Of a stretch of DNA of 64,000 nt, positions 9,836 to 20,374 are shown in pieces. Each line of letters starts with the position of its first letter. Position 1 is the stretch's first letter. This stretch comes from an uncultured Candidatus Actinomarina sp. GTDB taxonomy: Bacteria; Actinomycetota; Acidimicrobiia; Actinomarinales; Actinomarinaceae. The notes below the pieces were generated by a model. That model was not told where the DNA came from, made no database searches, and saw only the letters and a list, made by a program, of their open reading frames with translations. Made by a program: the position numbers and the translations under genes. The stretch covers positions 26,265 to 90,264 of the forward strand of contig CABZMN010000002.1 in the NCBI GenBank assembly GCA_902526825.1. The letters run 5' to 3'.

Positions 9836-10826
9836 AAATATCATTTTAGGTTTTGAAACAAGTTGTGATGAGACAGCGATAGCTTTAATGAAAGGTGACA
9901 ACCTCTTAATTAACAAAATTTCATCACAAGTTGAAATTCATGAGAAATTTGGTGGAGTGGTACCTGAAGTAGCATCAAGAGCACACGCTGAAATGATAAG
10001 AAATCTTTTTCATTCCTCTATCAATGAATGTGGTGTAGATTTAAGTGAAATTGATATTGTGGCCAGTACGGATGGTCCTGGTCTTGCAGGTAGTCTTGTA
10101 ATAGGCTACAATTTTGCAAAATCTGTGGCATGGGCTCTTGAAAAGCCATTTTATGCAGTAGATCATATGGTCGGACATTTAAGCGCACCTCTTATTGAGC
10201 ATCCAAACATGGAGCCTCCATTTTTATCATTACTTGTCTCTGGAGGACATACACAAATTGTTTTAGTTGAAGAATGGGGTAAATATAATCTCTTGGGTTC
10301 AACCATTGATGATGCTGCAGGTGAAGCTTTTGATAAATTATCAAGATTTTGTGGATTTGGTTTTCCTGGGGGTCCAGCGATACAAAATCTATCAGAGGGT
10401 GGTGATCCAAAAAAAGTAGATCTTCCTCGACCTAAAACTTCAAACAAATTTGACTATTCTTTTTCTGGATTGAAGACAGCAGCAGTTTATTTTCTACAGA
10501 AACTTTCAGAAGAGGATCAATTATTAAAAAAAGATTTTGCTGCATCATATCAAGAGGCAATAGTTGATTCCTTAATGGACATTTTTGTTAAAGCGATTAA
10601 AGAAACCGGTGTTAATAATATATCAGGTGGAGGTGGAGTCATGGCAAATTCTAGGTTACGTGAAAAAATTCTATTATTTTCTGAAAATAATAATAAAAAA
10701 CTTTATTTACCATCACCAAAATTATCAACTGATAATGCAGCAATGATTTGTATTGCTGCTAAAAATGAGCTTATTACAAATAAAATGAATATTGACGATA
10801 TAAGGTTATCTTCAATAATTTCTTAA
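9825..10826 (+). CDS. tsaD: tRNA N6-adenosine threonylcarbamoyltransferase TsaD
   Basis: ILGFETSCDETAIAL...VASRAHAE...HMVGHL...LLVSGGHT... is the Kae1/TsaD metal-binding signature. Confidence 0.93.
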   Translation: MQSENIILGFETSCDETAIALMKGDNLLINKISSQVEIHEKFGGVVPEVASRAHAEMIRNLFHSSINECGVDLSEIDIVASTDGPGLAGSLVIGYNFAKSVAWALEKPFYAVDHMVGHLSAPLIEHPNMEPPFLSLLVSGGHTQIVLVEEWGKYNLLGSTIDDAAGEAFDKLSRFCGFGFPGGPAIQNLSEGGDPKKVDLPRPKTSNKFDYSFSGLKTAAVYFLQKLSEEDQLLKKDFAASYQEAIVDSLMDIFVKAIKETGVNNISGGGGVMANSRLREKILLFSENNNKKLYLPSPKLSTDNAAMICIAAKNELITNKMNIDDIRLSSIIS

Positions 10827-10905
10827 CAATTTAAGAAAATAAATACCTTTATAAACATAACTATATTAAATTCAAAAAGTAGAAAATTTTAGGAAGGAAT
10901 TAAAC

Positions 10906-12841
<1,936 letters not shown>

Positions 12842-12860
12842 AACATACATTTTTTAAAAA

Positions 12861-12891
12861 AAAGAGTGGACAACGTCCACTCTTTTTTTTT
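12861..12891 (+). terminator. rho-independent terminator after groEL
   Basis: Perfect stem AAAGAGTGGAC (12861-12871) / GTCCACTCTTT (12875-12885), 3-nt loop, followed by a T-run. Starts 20 nt after the groEL TAA. Confidence 0.8.
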
Positions 12892-12904
12892 ATCATTAGT
12901 TGTC

Positions 12905-13246
12905 ATGAATGGAATTAGAGGAGCAATTGCTACAGTAGAAAACACAGAAAACGATATATTAAAATCTACAAAAGAATTATTTAATACGATTGTAGAAAAT
13001 AACAACCTTGATATTTCAAAAATTGTTTCTGTAATTTTTACTGTTACTGATGATCTTGACGCCGCTTTCCCAGCAAAGGCTCTCAGAGAACTTGGTCACC
13101 ATCAATTATCTGCAATTGATACAAAAGCACCAAAAGTAATTAATGACCTTGAAGGTTGTATAAGAGCTTTAGTTACTTACAAGGATGAAATTGATGTAAC
13201 TCATACCTATATAGGTGAAGCTAAGAATTTAAGACCAGATAGATAA
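12905..13246 (+). CDS. aroH: monofunctional chorismate mutase, AroH class
   Basis: MNGIRGAIATVENTENDILKSTKELF...DLDAAFPAKALREL...CIRALV...NLRPD aligns by eye along its length with my recollection of Bacillus subtilis AroH (MMIRGIRGATTVE...FPAKAVREL...CIRVM...LRPD). I place the start at ATG 12905, because the ORF-track start at 12866 lies inside the groEL terminator stem. Confidence 0.85.
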   Translation: MNGIRGAIATVENTENDILKSTKELFNTIVENNNLDISKIVSVIFTVTDDLDAAFPAKALRELGHHQLSAIDTKAPKVINDLEGCIRALVTYKDEIDVTHTYIGEAKNLRPDR

Positions 13247-13287
13247 AAACTATTTGCAAATCTGTAATACATGGTATTATTACCACA

Positions 13288-13329
13288 ATGAAAATTAACA
13301 CATACTTTTACTTTAGAGCGCACATATAA
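13288..13329 (+). CDS. candidate aromatic-amino-acid leader peptide MKINTYFYFRAHI (13 aa)
   Basis: ATG 13288 to TAA 13327-13329 encodes Tyr-Phe-Tyr-Phe in 4 consecutive codons (13303-13314). Lies between aroH and the DAHP synthase gene and is followed by an intrinsic terminator. No obvious SD, but a -10-like TATTAT (13275-13280) sits 7 nt upstream, so a leaderless start is possible. Confidence 0.45.
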   Translation: MKINTYFYFRAHI

Positions 13330-13353
13330 GCTGCCCTAAAGTAACGTTATGTC

Positions 13354-13381
13354 AAATCGGGCAAAAGCCCGATTTTTTTTT
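13354..13381 (+). terminator. attenuator terminator upstream of the DAHP synthase gene
   Basis: Stem AAATCGGGC (13354-13362) / GCCCGATTT (13367-13375), AAAA loop, then a T-run to 13381. It lies immediately 5' of the AGGAGG RBS (13382-13387) and TTG start (13394) of the first shikimate gene. A terminator here only makes sense as a regulatory element. Confidence 0.7.
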
Positions 13382-13393
13382 AGGAGGAACAAA

Positions 13394-14413
13394 TTGATCG
13401 TAGTAATGAAGCAAGCTGCTTCTGAGGAAGACATTGAAAAGGTAAAGGCAAAGGCAATTGAACAAGGTCATGAGCCAAAAGTTCTTTATGGAGTTGAAAG
13501 GACTGTAGTTGCTGTCCATGGAAAGGTAATTGAGGATAATCGTGGAGTTATGCGATTGTTAGATAACGTTCATCAGGTTATTCCAATCGGAAGATCTTAC
13601 AAGCTTGCAAGTAAAACCTATAAAGAATCAAACACAGAAGTAAAAATCAAAGATTTAGTTGTGGGAGGTAAAGAACTTGCATTTATAGCAGGGCCAGATA
13701 GCGCAGAATATCAAGAACAAACGTTAGAAACAGCTGAAGCTGTTGTTCAAGCTGGAGGAAATGGATTAAGAGGTGGTGCGTTCAAACCAAGAACCTCTCC
13801 ATACAGTTTTCAAGGTCTTGGTGAAGAAGGTCTTGTATTGCTTAAAGAAGCTGCAGATTTACATAATTTACCATTATTCAGTGAAATTATGGATGTTCAG
13901 CATCTTGAGATGATGGAAAAATATGTTGATGTACTTCAAATCGGAGCAAGAAATATGCAAAACTTTAAACTCTTGGAAGCTGTTGGAGAATCAAAACTTC
14001 CAGTTTTATTAAAAAGAGGAATGAGCGCAACCCTTGAAGAGCTACTATTAGCTTCCGAATATATCCTTACGAGAGGTAATGAAAATGTTATTTTATGTGA
14101 GAGAGGTATAAGAACCTTTGAGACAGCCACAAGAAATACTTTTGATATAAATGCTATTCCTTATTTGAAAATGAATACACATTTACCAGTTATTGCTGAT
14201 CCAAGCCATGGGACTGGAGCAAATAATTTAGTTGCTCCAATTGCTTTAGCAGCTATTGCTGCTGGAGCAGACGGTCTTCTTATTGAGATACATCCAAGGC
14301 CAGATGAAGCATTATGTGATGGGCCACAAGCTTTAACTCCACCAGAACTTATTGACTTAAGGAAAAAAGTAAGCTCAATGGCTGAAGTAGTTGGTAGGTC
14401 ATTGAAAACATGA
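13394..14413 (+). CDS. aroF: 3-deoxy-7-phosphoheptulonate (DAHP) synthase, type I-beta with N-terminal ferredoxin/ACT-like regulatory domain
   Basis: LIVVMKQAASEEDIEKVK... N-terminal domain and catalytic core ...LRGGAFKPRTSPYSFQGLGEEGL...IGARNMQNF...LLKRG...CERGIRTFE...ADPSH... match my recollection of Thermotoga maritima DAH7PS (MIVVLKPG...). TTG 13394 sits 6 nt after AGGAGG. The ORF-track ATG 13349 would read through the terminator hairpin. Confidence 0.9.
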   Translation: MIVVMKQAASEEDIEKVKAKAIEQGHEPKVLYGVERTVVAVHGKVIEDNRGVMRLLDNVHQVIPIGRSYKLASKTYKESNTEVKIKDLVVGGKELAFIAGPDSAEYQEQTLETAEAVVQAGGNGLRGGAFKPRTSPYSFQGLGEEGLVLLKEAADLHNLPLFSEIMDVQHLEMMEKYVDVLQIGARNMQNFKLLEAVGESKLPVLLKRGMSATLEELLLASEYILTRGNENVILCERGIRTFETATRNTFDINAIPYLKMNTHLPVIADPSHGTGANNLVAPIALAAIAAGADGLLIEIHPRPDEALCDGPQALTPPELIDLRKKVSSMAEVVGRSLKT

Positions 14414-15243
14414 TTAAAAAGGTAAAAATAATTGGCCTTGGATTGATGGGTGCGAATCTTGGAATCAATTTAAAAAATAAAGGTATAGATGTTTTTGGTC
14501 AAGACGTTGATAAGGAAGCAGAAAATAGGGCTGAAAAATATGGTATTGATACACAATCTAAAGAGGAAAGTTATGATGTGACGGTTCTATCTATGCCGAT
14601 AAATAATATTATGTCATTTTTATCAGAAGGTAATGAAATTGATGACTCAAAATTATTAATTGATATTGGTGGTACTAAAGAATCAATTTGTAATCTTATG
14701 GATAACTTCAAAATACCTTCTGTTGGTGGCCATCCTTTGTGTGGTTTAGCTGATAATAGAAGTTGGGAACCTACACCAGAAATGTACGATGATGCAACAT
14801 TTTTACTCTGTGAAACAGAATCCATGAACGACAATTCAAAAAAAATTGCCAGAGATTTAGTAAACATATTGAACTGCAAAGAATTGTGGATAGATCGAAA
14901 AAAACATGATGAAATATTATCTATTACAAGTCATTTGCCACATTTAATAAGTTCAGCATTGGTTGGGATAGCTAAAAAAGATTATGAAATAGATGAAATT
15001 ATGGGTTTAGCAGCAGGTGGGTTTGATGGAGCAACAAGACTAACAAGAACAAATCCAGGAATGATAATAGACATGTACAACACAAACTCTGAAAATATAA
15101 ACAAATTTCTTATTTCACTAATTGATGAGATATCTTCATTAATGTCACTTCAGGAGAAAAATCAATTATTAGAATACCTTACCTCGTCAGTTGAGTGGAG
15201 AAGAGCTTTATCAGAAAAGTTTGGAGAGAGACCATTAAGTTGA
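14410..15243 (+). CDS. tyrA: prephenate (or arogenate) dehydrogenase
   Basis: N-terminal Rossmann motif KIIGLGLMGANLG, ...VGGHPLCG..., ...SHLPHLISSAL... typical of the TyrA family. 4-nt overlap with the DAHP synthase stop. Confidence 0.85.
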   Translation: MIKKVKIIGLGLMGANLGINLKNKGIDVFGQDVDKEAENRAEKYGIDTQSKEESYDVTVLSMPINNIMSFLSEGNEIDDSKLLIDIGGTKESICNLMDNFKIPSVGGHPLCGLADNRSWEPTPEMYDDATFLLCETESMNDNSKKIARDLVNILNCKELWIDRKKHDEILSITSHLPHLISSALVGIAKKDYEIDEIMGLAAGGFDGATRLTRTNPGMIIDMYNTNSENINKFLISLIDEISSLMSLQEKNQLLEYLTSSVEWRRALSEKFGERPLS

Positions 15244-16514
15244 AAATAATTAATCGTGGGTTATCTGGAACAGTTCAAGTGATAGGAGATAAATCTATAT
15301 CGCATAGAGCAATTTTGTTTTCTGCTCTAGCTGAGGGCACATCTGTAGTTAAGAATTTATTAATAAGTGAAGATACAAAAGCCTCTTTAAAAATCGTTGA
15401 ACAAATGGGGGTTGATGTAAAAATCGAGGATAAAGTTTCTATAACTGGTAAGGGAATAAATGGATTAAATAAACCAAAAAATGAACTTGATGCCAAGAAT
15501 TCTGGAACAACTGCTAGATTGCTTATCGGATTATTATCTAAACAAAAATTTTCTTCAACATTAATTGGTAGCACTCAATTAAACAAAAGACCAATGAATA
15601 GAATTACTAATTTATTGGTTGGTCATGGAGCTGATATAAAAATAAAAAACAAGTTTTTACCAATAAACTTTAATCCAAAAGAATACTCATTCAGTTTTCA
15701 AAATACTAAAGTACCAAGTGCCCAAGTCAAAAGCGCATTAATCCTTGCTTCTCTATATCATAATGAACCTACCCTTATTGAAGAAACCGTTTCCACCAGA
15801 GACCATACTGAGAGAATGCTTGTAGCTATGGGTGTGGATATATTGAGGCTTGGAAATACATTAACTGTCCCACCAACAACTAAGTTAGAACCATTGAACA
15901 TTAATATTCCTGGCGATATATCATCAGGTGCTTTTTTAATTGCTCTCGGTTTATTAAGAGGTAAAGAAATAATTCTTTCCAACATGTTAATTAATGAAAG
16001 AAGACTGGGATTTATAAAAGTCTTAAAAAGAATGAAAGCAAAAATTGAGATCTTAAATATTAGAGAAGAAAACAATGAAGTAATAGGTGATATAAAAATA
16101 AATAAGTCAATACTTAATGGAACAACAGTTAGCAAAGACGAAATTCCCGATTTAATAGACGAAATTCCAATTTTTACTTTACTTGCCTCACAAGCCAAAG
16201 GATTGACAAAAGTAGTTGGTGCGGAAGAGCTAAAAGTTAAAGAATCAAATAGATTAGATGCGATGAAAAATTTCATTCTTAATTTAGGTGGTCAAATTAA
16301 GTTGCTTGATGATGGGTTTGAGATTCAAGGTATCCAAAAATTAAAAAAAGGAAATATTGAAACACTTGATGATCATAGAATCGCTATGACAGCAATTGTT
16401 GCAAACATAGGACTCAATAAAAAAATAATTCCAGATAATTTTGAGTGTATAAATGATTCTTATCCTTCTTTTTTTGAAGATATAAAACTATTAGGAGGTG
16501 AAATAAATGAGTAA
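15195..16514 (+). CDS. aroA: 3-phosphoshikimate 1-carboxyvinyltransferase (EPSP synthase)
   Basis: ...GTVQVIGDKSISHRAILFSALAEG..., ...NSGTTARLL..., ...RDHTERML..., ...LKVKESNRLDAM..., ...DDHRIAM.... The true start may be TTG 15240, which overlaps the tyrA TGA, rather than ATG 15195. Confidence 0.92.
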   Translation: MEKSFIRKVWRETIKLKIINRGLSGTVQVIGDKSISHRAILFSALAEGTSVVKNLLISEDTKASLKIVEQMGVDVKIEDKVSITGKGINGLNKPKNELDAKNSGTTARLLIGLLSKQKFSSTLIGSTQLNKRPMNRITNLLVGHGADIKIKNKFLPINFNPKEYSFSFQNTKVPSAQVKSALILASLYHNEPTLIEETVSTRDHTERMLVAMGVDILRLGNTLTVPPTTKLEPLNINIPGDISSGAFLIALGLLRGKEIILSNMLINERRLGFIKVLKRMKAKIEILNIREENNEVIGDIKINKSILNGTTVSKDEIPDLIDEIPIFTLLASQAKGLTKVVGAEELKVKESNRLDAMKNFILNLGGQIKLLDDGFEIQGIQKLKKGNIETLDDHRIAMTAIVANIGLNKKIIPDNFECINDSYPSFFEDIKLLGGEINE

Positions 16515-17295
16515 TTATGGAATTATTGGATGGCCACTCGAAAAAACTTATTCTCCAGTTATTCAGAACTATTTGTTTAATATGAACAATCTGGATAGTA
16601 AATATGAGCCATTTAAAATTGAGAATTTAACAGCAGAATCAGTAGATACATTAATAACTGATCTTGATGGATTTAATATAACAATTCCACACAAAGAAAA
16701 AATACTTAATTTAGATATAAATTTTACTATTGATGAACATGTCCAAAAAATAGGATCTACGAACACTGTAAGAAGAACAGACGATAAAATTGAACTTTTC
16801 AATACTGACTTTGAAGGTTTTACACTATTTTTGAAAAAAATTGGATATGATTTGAATAAAAAAAATATATTAATCTTGGGAAGTGGTGGAAGTTCAAAAG
16901 CAATTAAATATGCTTTATCAACTCATAAAACAAAAACTTATGTTGTAAGTAGAAATCAAACTGATGAGACAATTTCATATATAAATGCAAAAGAACTTGC
17001 TCCTGAAATTGATTTAGTGATTAATACTACACCAGTTGGGATGTCTCATTTATCCTCGGCATCACTTGATTTAGATACAAATCAATTTACAAATCTAGAA
17101 TTATTTTTAAATATTGGATATGGTTATAAAAATTCTTTTTTTGAAAAATTTATTTCAGAATTTGAGTCCTACGATGGTACAGGGATGCTTATCTGCCAAG
17201 CAGTATTGTCTTTTAACATTTGGACAAATCTTAACTTACAAGTTTTAGATATATATGATGAGTTATACAAATTACTAGAAAGTCAAAATGATTAG
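16507..17295 (+). CDS. aroE: shikimate dehydrogenase
   Basis: YGIIGWPLEKTYSPVIQN...GFNITIPHKE...GSTNTV...NTDFEGF...ILGSGGSSKA... is the AroE signature. Confidence 0.88.
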   Translation: MSNYGIIGWPLEKTYSPVIQNYLFNMNNLDSKYEPFKIENLTAESVDTLITDLDGFNITIPHKEKILNLDINFTIDEHVQKIGSTNTVRRTDDKIELFNTDFEGFTLFLKKIGYDLNKKNILILGSGGSSKAIKYALSTHKTKTYVVSRNQTDETISYINAKELAPEIDLVINTTPVGMSHLSSASLDLDTNQFTNLELFLNIGYGYKNSFFEKFISEFESYDGTGMLICQAVLSFNIWTNLNLQVLDIYDELYKLLESQND

Positions 17296-18466
17296 ATTCT
17301 TAACAGCCGGTGAAAGCCATGGGCCTGAGTTAACAGGCATCATTGAAGGCCTACCTGCTGGATTTCACGTTACAAAAGACTATATTGATAGTTTTCTCAA
17401 AAGAAGACAAAAAAGCCTAGGTTCAGGTGGAAGAATGAATATTGAGAGTGATGAAGTTGAGATAACCTCAGGAATAATAAACAATTTAACTACTGGCGGG
17501 CCAATCACATTAAAAATTAAAAATAATGATTGGAAAAATTGGAAAGATAAAGATATTGAACCTTATGTAGTACCAAGACCTGGACATGCTGACTTGATAG
17601 GAACTGCAAAATATAATAGTTCGGACATCAGATTAGTACTTGAAAGATCAAGTGCGAGGGAAACAGCTATGAGATGTGCTCTAGGAGCAATAGCGGCTCA
17701 AATTTTAGAAAGTTTTGAAATCAATATTTGTGGATATGTTTCTAGCATTGGAAAAGTTGATTATGTTCAAGAAAAAATAATTGATTTACAAGAACTACAA
17801 TCAAAAGTCACCCAATCGCCTGTATCTTGTCCAGATGAAAAATCTGGGAAAGATATGGAGAATGAGATACTAGAAGCAAGAAAAAAGAAAGATACTCTTG
17901 GTGGATCAATCACAACAATAGCATCTAGAGTACCTCCTACATTAGGAAGCTTTGTACATTGGGATAGAAAGTTAGATGCAAATCTAGCCAGAATATTTAT
18001 GTCAATACAAAGTGTAAAAGCTGTTGAAATAGGCAATGGAATAGAAGCTTCAAAAAACTTTGGAACAGATGTTCAAGATCAATATGTTTTACAAGATGGA
18101 TCTATCAAAAAAGAATCCAATAATCTTGGAGGTTTTGAAGGTGGTATGACTAATGGAGAAGAAATTATAGTTAAAGCATATTTAAAACCAATTAGTACGA
18201 CATTAACTCCGATAAAAAGCGTAAATTTATCATCAAAGGATGAAACAGAGACAGTTTACGAACGTTCAGATACATGTGCGGTACCAAGGGCTGTCCCAAT
18301 TTTTGAAAGTGCAATGGCATTTGAAATTTTAAGAAACTTATTACTTAAAACTGGAGGGGACAGCAAAAAAGAAATTGTAAAAAACTTTAATAGTATTTCA
18401 AAATTGAATGTTGATGATTTTGACATGGACAATCAGACTTGGAAAATGAACTATGAAACAGAATAA
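17288..18466 (+). CDS. aroC: chorismate synthase
   Basis: MIRFLTAGESHGPELTGIIEGLPAG...RRQ...GRM..E.D...RPGHADL...ERSSARETA... are the chorismate synthase signatures. Confidence 0.95.
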   Translation: MIRFLTAGESHGPELTGIIEGLPAGFHVTKDYIDSFLKRRQKSLGSGGRMNIESDEVEITSGIINNLTTGGPITLKIKNNDWKNWKDKDIEPYVVPRPGHADLIGTAKYNSSDIRLVLERSSARETAMRCALGAIAAQILESFEINICGYVSSIGKVDYVQEKIIDLQELQSKVTQSPVSCPDEKSGKDMENEILEARKKKDTLGGSITTIASRVPPTLGSFVHWDRKLDANLARIFMSIQSVKAVEIGNGIEASKNFGTDVQDQYVLQDGSIKKESNNLGGFEGGMTNGEEIIVKAYLKPISTTLTPIKSVNLSSKDETETVYERSDTCAVPRAVPIFESAMAFEILRNLLLKTGGDSKKEIVKNFNSISKLNVDDFDMDNQTWKMNYETE

Positions 18467-18962
18467 TATCTATTTAGTTGGATTCATGGGTTCTGGTAAA
18501 ACATCGATCCTCAAAAAAATAAAACAGATAGTAAATGTAAATACATTTGACCTAGATGAAAATATTGAAAAAAAATATGGAAGTATAAATAAAATCTTTC
18601 AAACAAAAAGTGAAAAATATTTTCGTAATATTGAACTTAAAACTTTTGAAGCATTGCCAAATAATGATTCCGTAATTGCTCTTGGAGGAGGTTCTCTTGA
18701 GGTCTCACATATTCTTGATGAGGTCAAAAATTCAGAACTTAGTTTTTATCTAAAAGATACATTTGAAAATTTATGGAAAAGAATTTCAAATTCAGAGCGT
18801 CCGCTTGTAAAAAAAGGTAAAGAGGAGATATTAGAACTTTATAGATTGCGTGAAAATTTGTATAGCCAGTCAAAACATACTATCGATATCAAAAATAAAA
18901 AAGAGAAAATAATAGTGGAAACAATTATTCAAAATACGTGGTTAAAAAATGAAGTTATCTGA
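18453..18962 (+). CDS. aroK: shikimate kinase
   Basis: IYLVGFMGSGKTS Walker A, ...FRNIELKTFE..., ...ALGGGS.... Small size and position in the aro cluster. Confidence 0.85.
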   Translation: MKQNNIYLVGFMGSGKTSILKKIKQIVNVNTFDLDENIEKKYGSINKIFQTKSEKYFRNIELKTFEALPNNDSVIALGGGSLEVSHILDEVKNSELSFYLKDTFENLWKRISNSERPLVKKGKEEILELYRLRENLYSQSKHTIDIKNKKEKIIVETIIQNTWLKNEVI

Positions 18963-19950
18963 AATAGATTACTCAAATAACTTTAATGATCTATATATAG
19001 ATCTAAAAAATTATATAAATACTAATAATCATGTGGTATTTCTTGACTCTAATCTTTCATCAATTTTTAACCCAGATGAGAATTTAAATATTTTTAAAAT
19101 TGATATAAATGAATCAACCAAGGACTTAGAGACTATACAAAAGCTCTGGGCAATTATGTTTGATCAATCTTTAGATAGAAATTCTAAAGTTATTGGGATT
19201 GGTGGAGGTGTACTTACTGATTTAGTGGGTTTTGCAACCAGTACGTTCAAACGTGGTGCAAAACTATGTTTAATACCGTCGACGTTGCTTGGGATGGTAG
19301 ATGCAGCTCATGGAGGTAAGAATGGTTTTAACAACGACTATGGTAAAAATCAGATTGGAACCTTCTTTATTCCAGAAAAAATATTGATTTGCTCAGAATT
19401 TTTAGATTCCCTTTCTGAAAATGAACTTAATAATGGAATAATTGAATCCATTAAGGCTGGCTTTTTATGGGATAGAACAATACTTGAGTTGATATATGTT
19501 GATGATTTTATGAAAAATATCGATGAAATAATAAAAAAAAGTGTAAAAGTGAAAAATAGTATATTACACAATGATATTGAAGAAAGTAATGAAAGAATGT
19601 TTCTAAATTTAGGACATACAATAGGACACCTAATTGAAAAAGATTCGGATTACAGTGTTTCCCATGGACAGGCTGTAGCTATTGGAATTCTTAAAGGCCT
19701 TGAAATAGCTGAGACTAAGTACCATCTTGATAATAATGTGAAACATCAGTTTGAAGATTTTTTGAATAAAAAATCACTAAAAACAAATTATAAATTTTTA
19801 AATGATAACAATTATCTAAAAGAGATAATTTCAAATGATAAGAAAGTATCAAATGACATAATTAAGTTCGTATTAATAGAAGATATTGAGAAACCTATTT
19901 TGATTGATTTACACATAAACGATCTTTTGGAGGTTTTAATTAATGGGTAA
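18949..19950 (+). CDS. aroB: 3-dehydroquinate synthase
   Basis: ...IGIGGGVLTDLVGFATSTFKRGAKLCLIPSTLLGMVDAAHGGKNG...LNLGHTIGHLIE...SHGQAVAIG... shows the DHQS NAD- and metal-binding motifs. Confidence 0.88.
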   Translation: MKLSEIDYSNNFNDLYIDLKNYINTNNHVVFLDSNLSSIFNPDENLNIFKIDINESTKDLETIQKLWAIMFDQSLDRNSKVIGIGGGVLTDLVGFATSTFKRGAKLCLIPSTLLGMVDAAHGGKNGFNNDYGKNQIGTFFIPEKILICSEFLDSLSENELNNGIIESIKAGFLWDRTILELIYVDDFMKNIDEIIKKSVKVKNSILHNDIEESNERMFLNLGHTIGHLIEKDSDYSVSHGQAVAIGILKGLEIAETKYHLDNNVKHQFEDFLNKKSLKTNYKFLNDNNYLKEIISNDKKVSNDIIKFVLIEDIEKPILIDLHINDLLEVLING

Positions 19951-20374
19951 AATTGTAATCATCAATGGTCCAAATTTAAATTTTCTTGGGCAAAGAGAAA
20001 TTGATAAATATGGAACAACTACTTATAAGGAATTAATTTCTGAACTTGAAGACTACACAAACAATCAAGATAAATTAATTTTTTATCAATCCAATCATGA
20101 GGGAGAAATATGTGAATTTATCCAAAATATTTTCAATAATGAAGCGATTGACGGTTTGATAATTAATCCTGGTGGATATACTCACACAAGTGTGGCAATA
20201 AGAGATTCATTACTACTTCTAAATTTACCTATCGTGGAAGTACATATGACAGATATTAGAAAGAGGGAAAACTTTAGAAAAACAAATTTAATTCACGATG
20301 TATGTGAAGAGTCATTTGTAGGTTTAGGTATTGATGGTTACAAAAAAGGAATTGATTATATAAATGAAAAATGA
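19943..20374 (+). CDS. aroQ: type II 3-dehydroquinate dehydratase
   Basis: IVIINGPNLNFLGQREIDKYG...QSNHEGEI...IINPGGYTHTSVAIRD...PIVEVHMTDI.. is the AroQ signature. Confidence 0.93.
   Translation: MGKIVIINGPNLNFLGQREIDKYGTTTYKELISELEDYTNNQDKLIFYQSNHEGEICEFIQNIFNNEAIDGLIINPGGYTHTSVAIRDSLLLLNLPIVEVHMTDIRKRENFRKTNLIHDVCEESFVGLGIDGYKKGIDYINEK

Noticed and set aside
10827-10905. Searched the groES upstream region for CIRCE (TTAGCACTC-N9-GAGTGCTAA) or HAIR (CTTGAGT-N7-ACTCAAG)
   Set aside because: No inverted repeat resembling either operator is present, so no regulatory feature is called.
12866-12904. ORF-track 5' extension of the chorismate mutase gene (start 12866)
   Set aside because: The extension begins inside the groEL terminator stem. 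The homologous AroH N-terminus (M-x-IRGIRGA) starts at ATG 12905.
13349-13393. ORF-track 5' extension of the DAHP synthase gene (start ATG 13349)
   Set aside because: It would translate through the terminator hairpin and T-run (MSNRAKARFFFRRNK). AGGAGG plus TTG 13394 gives the conserved M/L-IVV-x-K N-terminus of type I-beta DAHP synthases.
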